Made by a program: the position numbers and the translations under genes. This document shows positions 37,545 through 45,834 of a stretch of 64,000 nt of DNA, in pieces. This stretch comes from Christensenellaceae bacterium. Lineage in GTDB: Bacteria; Bacillota; Clostridia; Christensenellales; UBA1242. The notes under the pieces are model-generated. The model searched no databases. It saw nothing but the letters and a program-made list of their open reading frames with translations, and was not told the DNA's origin. The DNA lies in contig JAISKJ010000003.1 in assembly GCA_031260975.1 (NCBI GenBank), forward strand, positions 436,065-500,064. Direction: 5' to 3'. The number at the start of each line of letters is the position of its first letter. Within the stretch, counting starts at the first letter, position 1.

Positions 37545-37573
37545 TTGACATTTTTGGCAGGGAATATTATAAT
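37545..37573 (+). promoter_or_regulatory. consensus sigma-A promoter of serS (TTGACA-17-TATAAT)
   Basis: -35 at 37545-50, -10 at 37568-73. Confidence 0.75.
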
Positions 37574-37578
37574 ATAAA

Positions 37579-37596
37579 TTGCATAATGCTGTGCAA
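37579..37596. repeat. palindromic repeat copy, 2 mismatches (TTGCATAATGCTGTGCAA)
   Basis: Starts about 6 nt after the serS -10 box, at the predicted transcript 5' end. Confidence 0.8.
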
Positions 37597-37611
37597 ACTT
37601 TTGGAGGAAAA

Positions 37612-38901
37612 ATGATAGACATAGAGCTTATAAGAAACAATCCTGAAATGGTCAAAAAAAATATAAAAAAGAAGTTTCAGGACAAAAAACTGCCGCTTGT
37701 TGATGAGGTGAAAACTCTCGACATAAGAAGCCGCAGTCTTAAGCAGGAAATTGACAGTCTCAGAAGCAGCCGCAACAAGTTGAGCCAAGAAATTGGCGAG
37801 TTTATGAAGCAAAAGAAAAGCAGTCAGGCTGAAACGCTGAAAAAACAGGTTGTGGATATAAACACTAAGGTTGCTGAGCTTGAGACGGAATATAATGAGG
37901 TAGGCACAAAAATCAACCAAATTATGATGACAATTCCAAATATCATAGCTGATGATGTGCCGGTTGGCCGCAGCGACGCCGAAAATGTTGAGCGTGAAGT
38001 GTTTGGCAAGCCAAAGAAGCCGGATTTTGAAATTCCATATCATGCCGATATTATGGAGAATTTGTGTGGGCTTGACAAAGATAGTGCCGGAAAAACCTCA
38101 GGTAATGGATTTTATTTTTTGATGGGTGATGTGGCAAGGCTTCATTCAGCCATTTTGTCGTATGCCCGTGATTTTATGATAGACAAGGGTTTTAATTATT
38201 GTATTCCTCCGTTTTTGATACACGCAGACGTGGTCAGAGGCGTTATGAGCTTTGCTGAAATGGACGCTATGATGTATAAAATTGAAGGCGAGGACCTTTA
38301 TATGATAGGCACCAGCGAGCACTCAATGATAGGAAAATATAAAGATGCCGTTTTAAAGGAAGAAGATCTTCCGATTTGTCTTACGTCATATTCGCCGTGC
38401 TTCCGTAAAGAAGTTGGTGCACACGGCATTGAGGAACGCGGCATATACAGAGTTCATCAGTTTGAAAAGCAGGAAATGATAGTAATTTGCAAAAAAGAAG
38501 AAGCTAGAATGTGGTATGATAAAATGTCGCATTTTGCGGTTGATTTTTTTAAAAGTCTTGAACTGCCGGTGCGTATTTTAGAATCATGTAGCGGGGATTT
38601 GGCCGATTTAAAGGTTAAGGGTTGCGATATTGAGGGATTTAGTCTGAGGCAGCAAAAGTATTTGGAGCTTGGAAGCTGTTCGGATATGGGAGACGCTCAG
38701 GCACGAAGGCTGGGTATGCGATATAAGACGGCAAGTGGTACAGTTTTTGCGAACACTTTAAACAACACCGTTGTGGCTACACCCAGGGTGTTGACTGTGT
38801 TTTTTGAAAATCATCTGCAAAAAGATGGTTCGGTAAATATACCAAAAGCTCTTCAGCCTTATATGGGAGGCAAAACTAAGCTGGAACCAAAAAAGAAATG
38901 A
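37612..38901 (+). CDS. serS: seryl-tRNA synthetase
   Basis: MIDIELIRNNPE start with GGAGG SD; coiled-coil N-domain, class II motifs. Confidence 0.96.
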   Translation: MIDIELIRNNPEMVKKNIKKKFQDKKLPLVDEVKTLDIRSRSLKQEIDSLRSSRNKLSQEIGEFMKQKKSSQAETLKKQVVDINTKVAELETEYNEVGTKINQIMMTIPNIIADDVPVGRSDAENVEREVFGKPKKPDFEIPYHADIMENLCGLDKDSAGKTSGNGFYFLMGDVARLHSAILSYARDFMIDKGFNYCIPPFLIHADVVRGVMSFAEMDAMMYKIEGEDLYMIGTSEHSMIGKYKDAVLKEEDLPICLTSYSPCFRKEVGAHGIEERGIYRVHQFEKQEMIVICKKEEARMWYDKMSHFAVDFFKSLELPVRILESCSGDLADLKVKGCDIEGFSLRQQKYLELGSCSDMGDAQARRLGMRYKTASGTVFANTLNNTVVATPRVLTVFFENHLQKDGSVNIPKALQPYMGGKTKLEPKKK

Positions 38902-38908
38902 AAGAGGT

Positions 38909-38992
38909 CGGGCTTTGGCGCAAACAGGAGTTTGCGCGGCGCAACTACTTGTTGCGCCGGCGTGAGCCTTCTGGCTCACGCCGCAAAGCCCG
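38909..38992 (+). other. structured intergenic element E2: three hairpins closed by a 9-bp outer stem
   Basis: Outer CGGGCTTTG/CAAAGCCCG (38909-17/38984-92); H1 38918-37 (8 bp), H2 38938-58 (8 bp), H3 38959-82 (10 bp). Confidence 0.7.
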
Positions 38993-39036
38993 CTTCATAA
39001 AATTACTCGTGGGACGCCCCCGAAAAGGAGCCGAAA

Positions 39037-39939
39037 TTGAAAAAACAAAGAATTGAACAATTTGCAACAGAAGTTAATGGCGATACTGCCAAAGAAAATT
39101 ATAAAATTGCACTTAATGTAATCATAGAGGCGCTTGAGGGGCTAACCGGTAAGGTGTCTACACTGACGCCCGAGGAAGTGCGTGTTTTTCCGATGGGTGA
39201 GCTCACCAACGGCACCTTTGTTGACACAAACGATGAAATTGAAATAGCTCTTGTCACCAGCAATCCTCAAATGGCGTTTACAAATTCCGCCTACATAAGA
39301 CTTATGTCTGAGATTAAAAAACAGAAAGACCGCGACGCAGTCAGTTCAGACAACACTACACATCAAATCATACAGCTTTTGTTTGATGAATTTATTAAAT
39401 TGTTTTCGGCTGACACTACAATCATTATAACTCAACAAGGAATAAAAATATTATCTAACAAGGAGCTTGGCTTTAAAATTATGTTACGCCTCGGCACGTA
39501 TAATGCCTATGACACAAATTTTGTGCTGTCACTGTGGAATCCTGTGCGAAAAACAACTGAAAATCTTGATATTTTCGGCTATGCTGAAGCTATGAAAAAG
39601 AAAGACGATGATACAGACGGCAACTTTAACAAAATTGTAAGAATTTTTAAAAACTTCCGTAAAGCTGTTGTGGCCAATAAATGGTTCGGCAGTTCATTTG
39701 CAAACAAATATCTGGTTGAGATGGTAGTATACAACATACCAAACTCATTGCTTAAAGGCAGTGATGTATATAAGGTTTATGTCAAAAGTATAAATTATTT
39801 ACTGAATTGTCCGCTGAGTAGTTTTAAATCTTTTAACGGCGGGCAGCTTAGTAGTTTTCCGATAGCAGGCGCAGATCAATATCACATAAAAACTTTCCTG
39901 AGCAGCTGCAGCAGATTGCTGGCGCTCAAGGATGTATAA
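39037..39939 (+). CDS. hypothetical protein, possibly a divergent Pol-beta-fold nucleotidyltransferase (CD-NTase/SMODS-like layout)
   Basis: 300 aa, TTG start with AAAAGGAG SD; MGELTNGTFVDTNDEIEIALV resembles hG[GS]x9-13DhDh with GE and EIE substitutions; later FNKIVRIFKNFRK...YLVEMVVYNIP helices. Confidence 0.35.
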   Translation: MKKQRIEQFATEVNGDTAKENYKIALNVIIEALEGLTGKVSTLTPEEVRVFPMGELTNGTFVDTNDEIEIALVTSNPQMAFTNSAYIRLMSEIKKQKDRDAVSSDNTTHQIIQLLFDEFIKLFSADTTIIITQQGIKILSNKELGFKIMLRLGTYNAYDTNFVLSLWNPVRKTTENLDIFGYAEAMKKKDDDTDGNFNKIVRIFKNFRKAVVANKWFGSSFANKYLVEMVVYNIPNSLLKGSDVYKVYVKSINYLLNCPLSSFKSFNGGQLSSFPIAGADQYHIKTFLSSCSRLLALKDV

Positions 39940-40087
39940 AGCGAGCCCTTAACAATACAAAAAAATAAAAGCAAAGTTTTTGAAGTTCTTTAATAACATA
40001 TTAGGCAGAATAAAAATAAAAAAACAAATATAAACACACAAATTCGTTTTTTGCATAGCACCACTGTTTTCAGGCAAAAATACCCAT

Positions 40088-40121
40088 ATCTATTCGCAAA
40101 AGCTGTCTTTTGCGAATAGAT
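40088..40121. other. perfect 15-bp hairpin ATCTATTCGCAAAAG-CTGT-CTTTTGCGAATAGAT
   Basis: Read directly; lies between convergent genes; arm resembles the ATTCGACAAAAA module. Confidence 0.7.
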
Positions 40122-40186
40122 TATGTAGGCCCCATTTTGGCCCTTCTTTTAACCTCTTTTCTAAAAAAACAACCTTTTTTAACAAA

Positions 40187-40235
40187 AATATTCGACAAAA
40201 AAGCGGTGTCTTTCACCGCCCTTTTGTCGAATATT
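40187..40235. other. nested long hairpin (14-bp outer stem AATATTCGACAAAA, inner GCGGTG-TCTTT-CACCGC)
   Basis: Read directly; T-run follows on the minus strand, so possibly the terminator of the DUF45 gene. Confidence 0.65.
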
Positions 40236-40321
40236 TAACGTAACATTCTTTTTGGCAGGCAAAGTTCAGCCCCGTTTCAATCGTGTGGACACTACGGGCT
40301 TTTAAGAAAATGAAATCTCAG

Positions 40322-41035
40322 TCACCTATAAATCCCAAGCAGAAAGTTGTTGCGTTTGAGTGTGAGACGTGCCTGCTTCCAGCCTGGCATGAGGCGCTCA
40401 AGCACTGCATAAAACTTTTGCGAATGGTTCATCTCATATGTGTGGCTAAGCTCATGCAGAATTACATAATCAATGACATTGTGCGGCAGCATTACAAGCC
40501 GCCAATTTAATTTGATATTCTTATTTGTATCACAACTACCCCATTTTGCTTTAAAGTCGCCGATTTTCAGGCTTTTATAACCTATCCCGTGCGTCTTCCC
40601 AAGCGTCTCAAGCCGTTTGGTAAGTATTTCCGCCCCTAGTGCCCTTTGCCATTTCAATAAGTGTTTTATGTATGAGCCTTCTATATAATATTTATTTGGC
40701 ACGATTACCTGATTTTTTTCAATTGTTATTGTCTTTGTGTCGCCGGCGGTGATGTCATAAAGCGTTCCGCACACTGAAATTTGTTTAAAGTTGATTATGG
40801 TTTGATGGTCAATATTCACCTGTGCTATCTGCTGCATCTTTTTTTCAATCCATTTGGCTTTTTGATTTATGATTTCACCAAGCCGTTGAGTATTCATTTT
40901 TATGGGTGCAAAAACCACCAGCTTTCCGTGGGTGTCTATGGTTATCTTAACGCTTCTGCGACGCTCACGCAGAATGTCGGCGATATCTATTAAGTTTTGC
41001 ATAGTATTATTCAAACTTTGCATAGTATTATTCAA
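40322..41035 (-). CDS. YgjP-like/DUF45 family metal-dependent hydrolase (HExxH)
   Basis: HELSHTYEMNHSQKFY zinc motif, RRSVKITIDTHGKLVVFAP N-region; start ambiguous (TTG 41035, ATG 41023 or ATG 41002), all inside repeat copies. Confidence 0.8.
   Translation of the reverse strand: MNNTMQSLNNTMQNLIDIADILRERRRSVKITIDTHGKLVVFAPIKMNTQRLGEIINQKAKWIEKKMQQIAQVNIDHQTIINFKQISVCGTLYDITAGDTKTITIEKNQVIVPNKYYIEGSYIKHLLKWQRALGAEILTKRLETLGKTHGIGYKSLKIGDFKAKWGSCDTNKNIKLNWRLVMLPHNVIDYVILHELSHTYEMNHSQKFYAVLERLMPGWKQARLTLKRNNFLLGIYR
40997..41035. repeat. two direct palindromic repeat copies, 1 mismatch each (TTGCATAGTATTATTCAA), period 21 nt
   Basis: 40997-41014 and 41018-41035; encode NNTMQ twice on the minus strand. 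Confidence 0.85.
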
Positions 41036-41084
41036 AAGCCTCTACTTAGTCCATTATAGCATAAATTCAGACAAAAAGCATATT

Positions 41085-41096
41085 TTGCATAGTATT
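41085..41096. repeat. half copy of the palindromic repeat (TTGCATAGTATT)
   Basis: Ends 3 nt before the -35 box of the PadR-like gene promoter. Confidence 0.6.
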
Positions 41097-41099
41097 TTA

Positions 41100-41128
41100 T
41101 TGACTTTTTTGCCTTTTTTTTGTATAAT
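41100..41128 (+). promoter_or_regulatory. consensus promoter of PadR-like gene (TTGACT-17-TATAAT, TG-extended)
   Basis: -35 at 41100-05, -10 at 41123-28; SD AAGAGGG then ATG 41147. Confidence 0.7.
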
Positions 41129-41146
41129 TTTTTAAGAGGGATTATT

Positions 41147-42913
41147 ATGGCAGAAGAAACAAAGGCAAACCGCGGCACCATTATACAAATAGTGCTGAAC
41201 AGCCTACTTGACGGTGATAAATATGGATATGAAATCTGCAAAGATATTGAGCAGAAAAGCGGCGGTAAGCTTGTGCTGAAGCAGCCCAGCCTTTATAGTA
41301 GCCTCAGGCGTATGAGCGAAAAAGGCGTGATATCTTCTTATTGGGATGAGAGCGATCAGGGCGGCAGAAGGCATTATTACAGCATTACTGAGGGCGGACG
41401 CGAGCAATATGAACGCAATAAAAGCAATTGGGCGAATTATAACGCTCTTGTTTCGTCGCTTAACACCGAAGAACTTAAGGCGTTGAGCGCTGAGCCGCAA
41501 AAAACTCAGGAAGAACAAAAAAGCGACAGTATAAAAGTGGTTAAGCAGGAAAATCTGTTTGCCTTCACAAAGCCAATTCCAAAAGTAGATGCAGAAGAAT
41601 CTGCACCGGCTTCTTTTGTGCAATATGATTTATTTAATGTTGCTTCTAAGTTTGTAGCCAGCGATGCGGCTGAGATAAAGACTGAAACAAATTTATATCA
41701 AAACAAGTTCAGCGACAGTGCTGACCCCAAAAGCACCATCCAGCCGCTCTCTCCTATTTTTAAGTCTTATGAAAGTGTAAATACACGCGACCTTGAAAAC
41801 CTGCAGAAGAATTATAATTCATATGCCAACAGTGAAGACACAGAGGATGTTGATATTTCAGGTTTGTCTTTGAGTGATTTTGGTCTGGATGATACACCGG
41901 CAAATGATGAGCCTGAACAGGACGCAGAACTAAAAGAAATCACTCATCACGAGGTTAAGGAAATTGAGTTTCATGAGCATATGGAGCCTGAAGCTCAGGA
42001 AAAAGACCCCTATGCTCCGGGAGATCTCAGCAAGTTTAGTGAGGTTTTAAGCGACGAACAAAGAGTTGAAACCGGTTTTAGCGAACAATATTCTTCAAGA
42101 TATGAATATAATCCGGCTACATATACGGTTAAGCCCAAAGAGCGCGTTAGAAGCGAAGAGCCTGATATAGATTACAAAAATATATTAGGCGGGCTTTATG
42201 CCGGTGGGGGCCGCGGTGATCCCTATGAAAAAAAACGCTTTGATGAGCAGCAATATCTCAAACAGTATGAGGGTGAAAGCGAGAACGCAGTGCAGCCTAT
42301 ACCTGAAGAGGCTCCCCTTCCTGCATCCGAAACTCCGCAGCTTGTCAATATCAGCCCGCAGTATGACGATTATAATGTCAGCGCAAACAGTTTTGAAATG
42401 TTTAAGAGCGACCTTGCTATGGATGGCATAAGGGTCAAAAAGTATGTTAAGCACAAAAATATAATCCGTACGGGCGACAATTTTATCAAATACAGCAAGC
42501 TCAAGTTGGTTCAGGGCTGGCTGTTGTGGCTCATTATGGCGGCGGAGATTGTGGCTGCTTACTTTATTATGAAATCGGTAAACCTGCTGCCGGCAGCTCA
42601 AGAAAACCTTTACTTTATAGCCATTGGCGTGATATTTGCCTACCCACTCTTTTATAGTCTGGCTTATATGATAAATCCCGATAGAAAAATCGCTTCAACA
42701 TTTAGGGTGAACATAAGCTTGTTTAACAGGCTGCTTGCTGTGATGATTACCGTAGTGTTTGTATTTTCAATAAGTTTATTTATGGGTATGACTGCCCTCA
42801 ACCAGCTGGATTTTCTTAATTATTGGCTGCTTCCCATAATTCTTAGCACAAACTATATTGTGGCAGGGCTTCTGTATTACATTTTACTTCGAAGCAAAAG
42901 ATATAATGTATGA
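41147..42913 (+). CDS. PadR-family wHTH protein with long acidic linker and C-terminal multi-TM domain
   Basis: N-terminal LLDGDKYGYEICKDIE...LKQPSLYSSLRRMSEKGVISSYW PadR fold; several hydrophobic helices in the last 130 aa. Confidence 0.75.
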   Translation: MAEETKANRGTIIQIVLNSLLDGDKYGYEICKDIEQKSGGKLVLKQPSLYSSLRRMSEKGVISSYWDESDQGGRRHYYSITEGGREQYERNKSNWANYNALVSSLNTEELKALSAEPQKTQEEQKSDSIKVVKQENLFAFTKPIPKVDAEESAPASFVQYDLFNVASKFVASDAAEIKTETNLYQNKFSDSADPKSTIQPLSPIFKSYESVNTRDLENLQKNYNSYANSEDTEDVDISGLSLSDFGLDDTPANDEPEQDAELKEITHHEVKEIEFHEHMEPEAQEKDPYAPGDLSKFSEVLSDEQRVETGFSEQYSSRYEYNPATYTVKPKERVRSEEPDIDYKNILGGLYAGGGRGDPYEKKRFDEQQYLKQYEGESENAVQPIPEEAPLPASETPQLVNISPQYDDYNVSANSFEMFKSDLAMDGIRVKKYVKHKNIIRTGDNFIKYSKLKLVQGWLLWLIMAAEIVAAYFIMKSVNLLPAAQENLYFIAIGVIFAYPLFYSLAYMINPDRKIASTFRVNISLFNRLLAVMITVVFVFSISLFMGMTALNQLDFLNYWLLPIILSTNYIVAGLLYYILLRSKRYNV

Positions 42914-42982
42914 CATTTTCTTGTCATATCGGTATTTACATAATAAAACGCGTGTGATATAATATCATAAAATGGGGTGCCT

Positions 42983-43972
42983 ATGAAAGTTAATTTAGAG
43001 GTAAAGAACCTTACCAAAACATTTGGATCCAGGACTGCCGTGAATAATGTCTCCTTTGAGGTTTTTGAAGGAGAGATTTTCGGTTTTCTTGGCCCGAATG
43101 GCGCCGGAAAAACTACCGTTCTTCGCATGGTTTGCGGCCTTGCCGCTCCCACCTCGGGCGATGCTATAATTTGCGGACACTCCATCAAAAAAGAATTTGA
43201 AAAAGCCATCATAAATGTTGGCGGAATTATTGAAAACCCTGAAATGTATAAAAATTTTTCAGGACTTGAAAATTTAAAGTATTATGCCAGCCTATATAAA
43301 GACATTGACAAAGACCGTATAAATCAGGTTGTTGAGCTTGTGGGTCTTAAAGACAGAATGAAAGATAAAATAAAGACCTACTCTCTCGGAATGAAGCAGC
43401 GCATAGGCATTGCTCAGGCGCTTTTGCACAGGCCTAAACTGTTGATACTTGACGAGCCCACCAATGGTCTTGACCCCAGCGGTGTTATTGATATGCGAAA
43501 ATTCCTCACCAAGCTTGCCAAAGCCGAAGGCATATCAATCCTTATCTCAAGCCACGGTCTTGCTGAAATGGAGCTTATTTGCGACACAATCGGCATCATC
43601 GACCGGGGCGTGTTGGTTAGCATCCGCAGCGTTGCCGACATGACCAAAGGGGGTGCTCCGAGAATTCAGATAACGGTTAACTTCCCCAACTACGCAGGAA
43701 AGCTGCTGTTTGAAAAATATGAAACGCTTGACAGCATAACTCTTGAAGATAATACCCTGACAGTTGGGCTTCCTATTGAAGAAGTGCCCGAGATAACAAA
43801 CTATCTGGTAAAAAAAGGACTGCGGATTTATTCAATTACTTCAACGGTAAAGACCTTGGAAGAGGCTTTTTTAGAAACCATTGAAAATGAGCGGCTTTCT
43901 TTTGGAAATCAGGACAGACTTACCTATCAGACAACCACAACTACAACGACCACAACGGGAACGACAAGATAG
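42983..43972 (+). CDS. ABC transporter ATP-binding protein (C-terminal poly-Thr tail)
   Basis: Walker A GPNGAGKTT, signature YSLGMKQR, Walker B LLILDEPT; ends TYQTTTTTTTTTGTTR. Confidence 0.92.
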   Translation: MKVNLEVKNLTKTFGSRTAVNNVSFEVFEGEIFGFLGPNGAGKTTVLRMVCGLAAPTSGDAIICGHSIKKEFEKAIINVGGIIENPEMYKNFSGLENLKYYASLYKDIDKDRINQVVELVGLKDRMKDKIKTYSLGMKQRIGIAQALLHRPKLLILDEPTNGLDPSGVIDMRKFLTKLAKAEGISILISSHGLAEMELICDTIGIIDRGVLVSIRSVADMTKGGAPRIQITVNFPNYAGKLLFEKYETLDSITLEDNTLTVGLPIEEVPEITNYLVKKGLRIYSITSTVKTLEEAFLETIENERLSFGNQDRLTYQTTTTTTTTTGTTR

Positions 43973-44046
43973 AAAACAAAAAACTGAACAATTCTGCAGT
44001 AAATACTTAATGGGACATTACTGCCACAATAAATAAGGAGAAAAGT

Positions 44047-45831
44047 ATGTTTAAATTATTTAGAGGAGAGCTTCGAAAAATAATATTGCGGCCCGGCATA
44101 TATATTATGACAGCTCTTTTGGTGCTGGTGCTGATACTTGCTCCTATGATTTTTAAGCCCTCTGCGCGAACAGATGCGCTTCCTGTAATTGACGGCACAA
44201 CAGTGTCGGCTCACAACAGTTATTTTAGCGTAAACATAAAACCAGAGCGCGACCAAAGTCTGACGGACAGGGTTATTATTGCCGAAGATATTTTGAGCAA
44301 CCCCGCCCGAAATGTGGTCTATGACAACATTCTGTCATATTTTGTACGCCCTGTTGTTGACACTATAAACCCTGTTACGCTAAAAGATTTTTACGGCAAG
44401 TTTGAAGGAATTATGGGCACCTTGCCTTTGGATATCACTTCGGTGAGAACTGAGCTTGAAAGTGCGGTTTTGGGCATGAAAAACAGTGCTAACACGCTTT
44501 CAAACAAATATTCCGAAACTGTCACCAGCATAACTCCCCTCGTTTTGGTGTCAAAGGAAACCAACGAGCAAATAAGAAGTGTGCTTGAAGGGCTTATTCA
44601 AAGACTTAATGTTTTTAGTGCTGGTGTGCAGGACCGTATAGACTATATCAACCTGCGGGCAAACCTTATTGACTTTGGGTATATCCGTGACCTTGACACA
44701 CACTTTGTAAACGTAAAAAATATAGAATACGATAACCAGATGCTGCAGCAGATTTATGAGGACTATTATGTCGGCGTGCCTGCTCATTTGACTGATTTAA
44801 ACAATGAAATATTGGCACTTGCTCTAGGTGTTCCTAGTGACCCAGCGGCTCAGGCTCAGGGTAAAATAGATATAGACGAAAAAATTTGGGCTTATGCTGC
44901 CCTTTCAAAAAACACAACCAGAATTTTGGATAATGCTATTATGCTGAGTGCCGCCGCAGGCAAAAGTGACGCTGAAATGAGCGGATATATCGGCTTTGAA
45001 AACTTTAATAATTATCAACGAACAGAAGAACTGACCAAATACAAATTTCTTTTTGACAACGATAAGGCCGAATATGACTATGCAAATGTGTTTGCGTTTG
45101 GCAGGAACAGTGATTTTTATACCAACGCATATGACTTTATATATTTTGTGCTTGAAATTTTTGCTTTTGTAATAATTGCTTATGGTGTGGTGCTTGGTGC
45201 CGGAATGATTGCAGGTGAGCAAAGCAGCGGTACAATCAAACTGCTTGCCATAAGGCCATATAATCGCGGCAAAATAATGTGCTCCAAAATGATGGCTGCT
45301 TTCTTCTTTGTGACATTGTTTACTGTGCTGTCAACCATCATAGCTATTATAGCCTCACTGTTTATATACGGAACAGGCGCGCTGGCTTCACTTCCGGTGC
45401 TTGTAATATTCAATGCAACTCTGCCCTTTACGCTAAACGCCTGGGTGCTGCTGCTTATATATCTTGCTGCTTTGATTATAAAGGCGTGGATATTTGTGCT
45501 GCTGGCTTTTGCGATTTCTACGTTGTTTAAGTCTCATGTGGGTGCCGTAATTATCTCAGTTCTTCTATATTTGATAAGTATGGTAATAACCTTTGTGGCG
45601 GCGGGTGCAAATTGGCTTAAGTATGTGATATTCAGCAACCTTGACTTCTTTAAGTATTTCGGAGGCTCGTTTATAAATCAGTATCGGTCGGGCGAAACCT
45701 TTACTAACCTGTTTATAAATCCCGTGTTTGCCGACACTACCATAATCTATACTTCAGTTGTTGTCGTAGGCTTGCTGCTGCTTCTAAATATTATAACCTT
45801 TGCAACATTTAAGCACAGGGATATAACATAA
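44047..45831 (+). CDS. ABC-2 type permease with about 330-aa extracytoplasmic domain
   Basis: 594 aa; one N-terminal TM, large soluble region, five or more C-terminal TM helices; follows the ATPase. Confidence 0.7.
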   Translation: MFKLFRGELRKIILRPGIYIMTALLVLVLILAPMIFKPSARTDALPVIDGTTVSAHNSYFSVNIKPERDQSLTDRVIIAEDILSNPARNVVYDNILSYFVRPVVDTINPVTLKDFYGKFEGIMGTLPLDITSVRTELESAVLGMKNSANTLSNKYSETVTSITPLVLVSKETNEQIRSVLEGLIQRLNVFSAGVQDRIDYINLRANLIDFGYIRDLDTHFVNVKNIEYDNQMLQQIYEDYYVGVPAHLTDLNNEILALALGVPSDPAAQAQGKIDIDEKIWAYAALSKNTTRILDNAIMLSAAAGKSDAEMSGYIGFENFNNYQRTEELTKYKFLFDNDKAEYDYANVFAFGRNSDFYTNAYDFIYFVLEIFAFVIIAYGVVLGAGMIAGEQSSGTIKLLAIRPYNRGKIMCSKMMAAFFFVTLFTVLSTIIAIIASLFIYGTGALASLPVLVIFNATLPFTLNAWVLLLIYLAALIIKAWIFVLLAFAISTLFKSHVGAVIISVLLYLISMVITFVAAGANWLKYVIFSNLDFFKYFGGSFINQYRSGETFTNLFINPVFADTTIIYTSVVVVGLLLLLNIITFATFKHRDIT

Positions 45832-45834
45832 TGA

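Noticed and set aside
37363-37611. T-box riboswitch upstream of serS
   Set aside because: A consensus promoter sits only about 40 nt before the ATG, and no Stem I, specifier loop or T-box/terminator pair is present.
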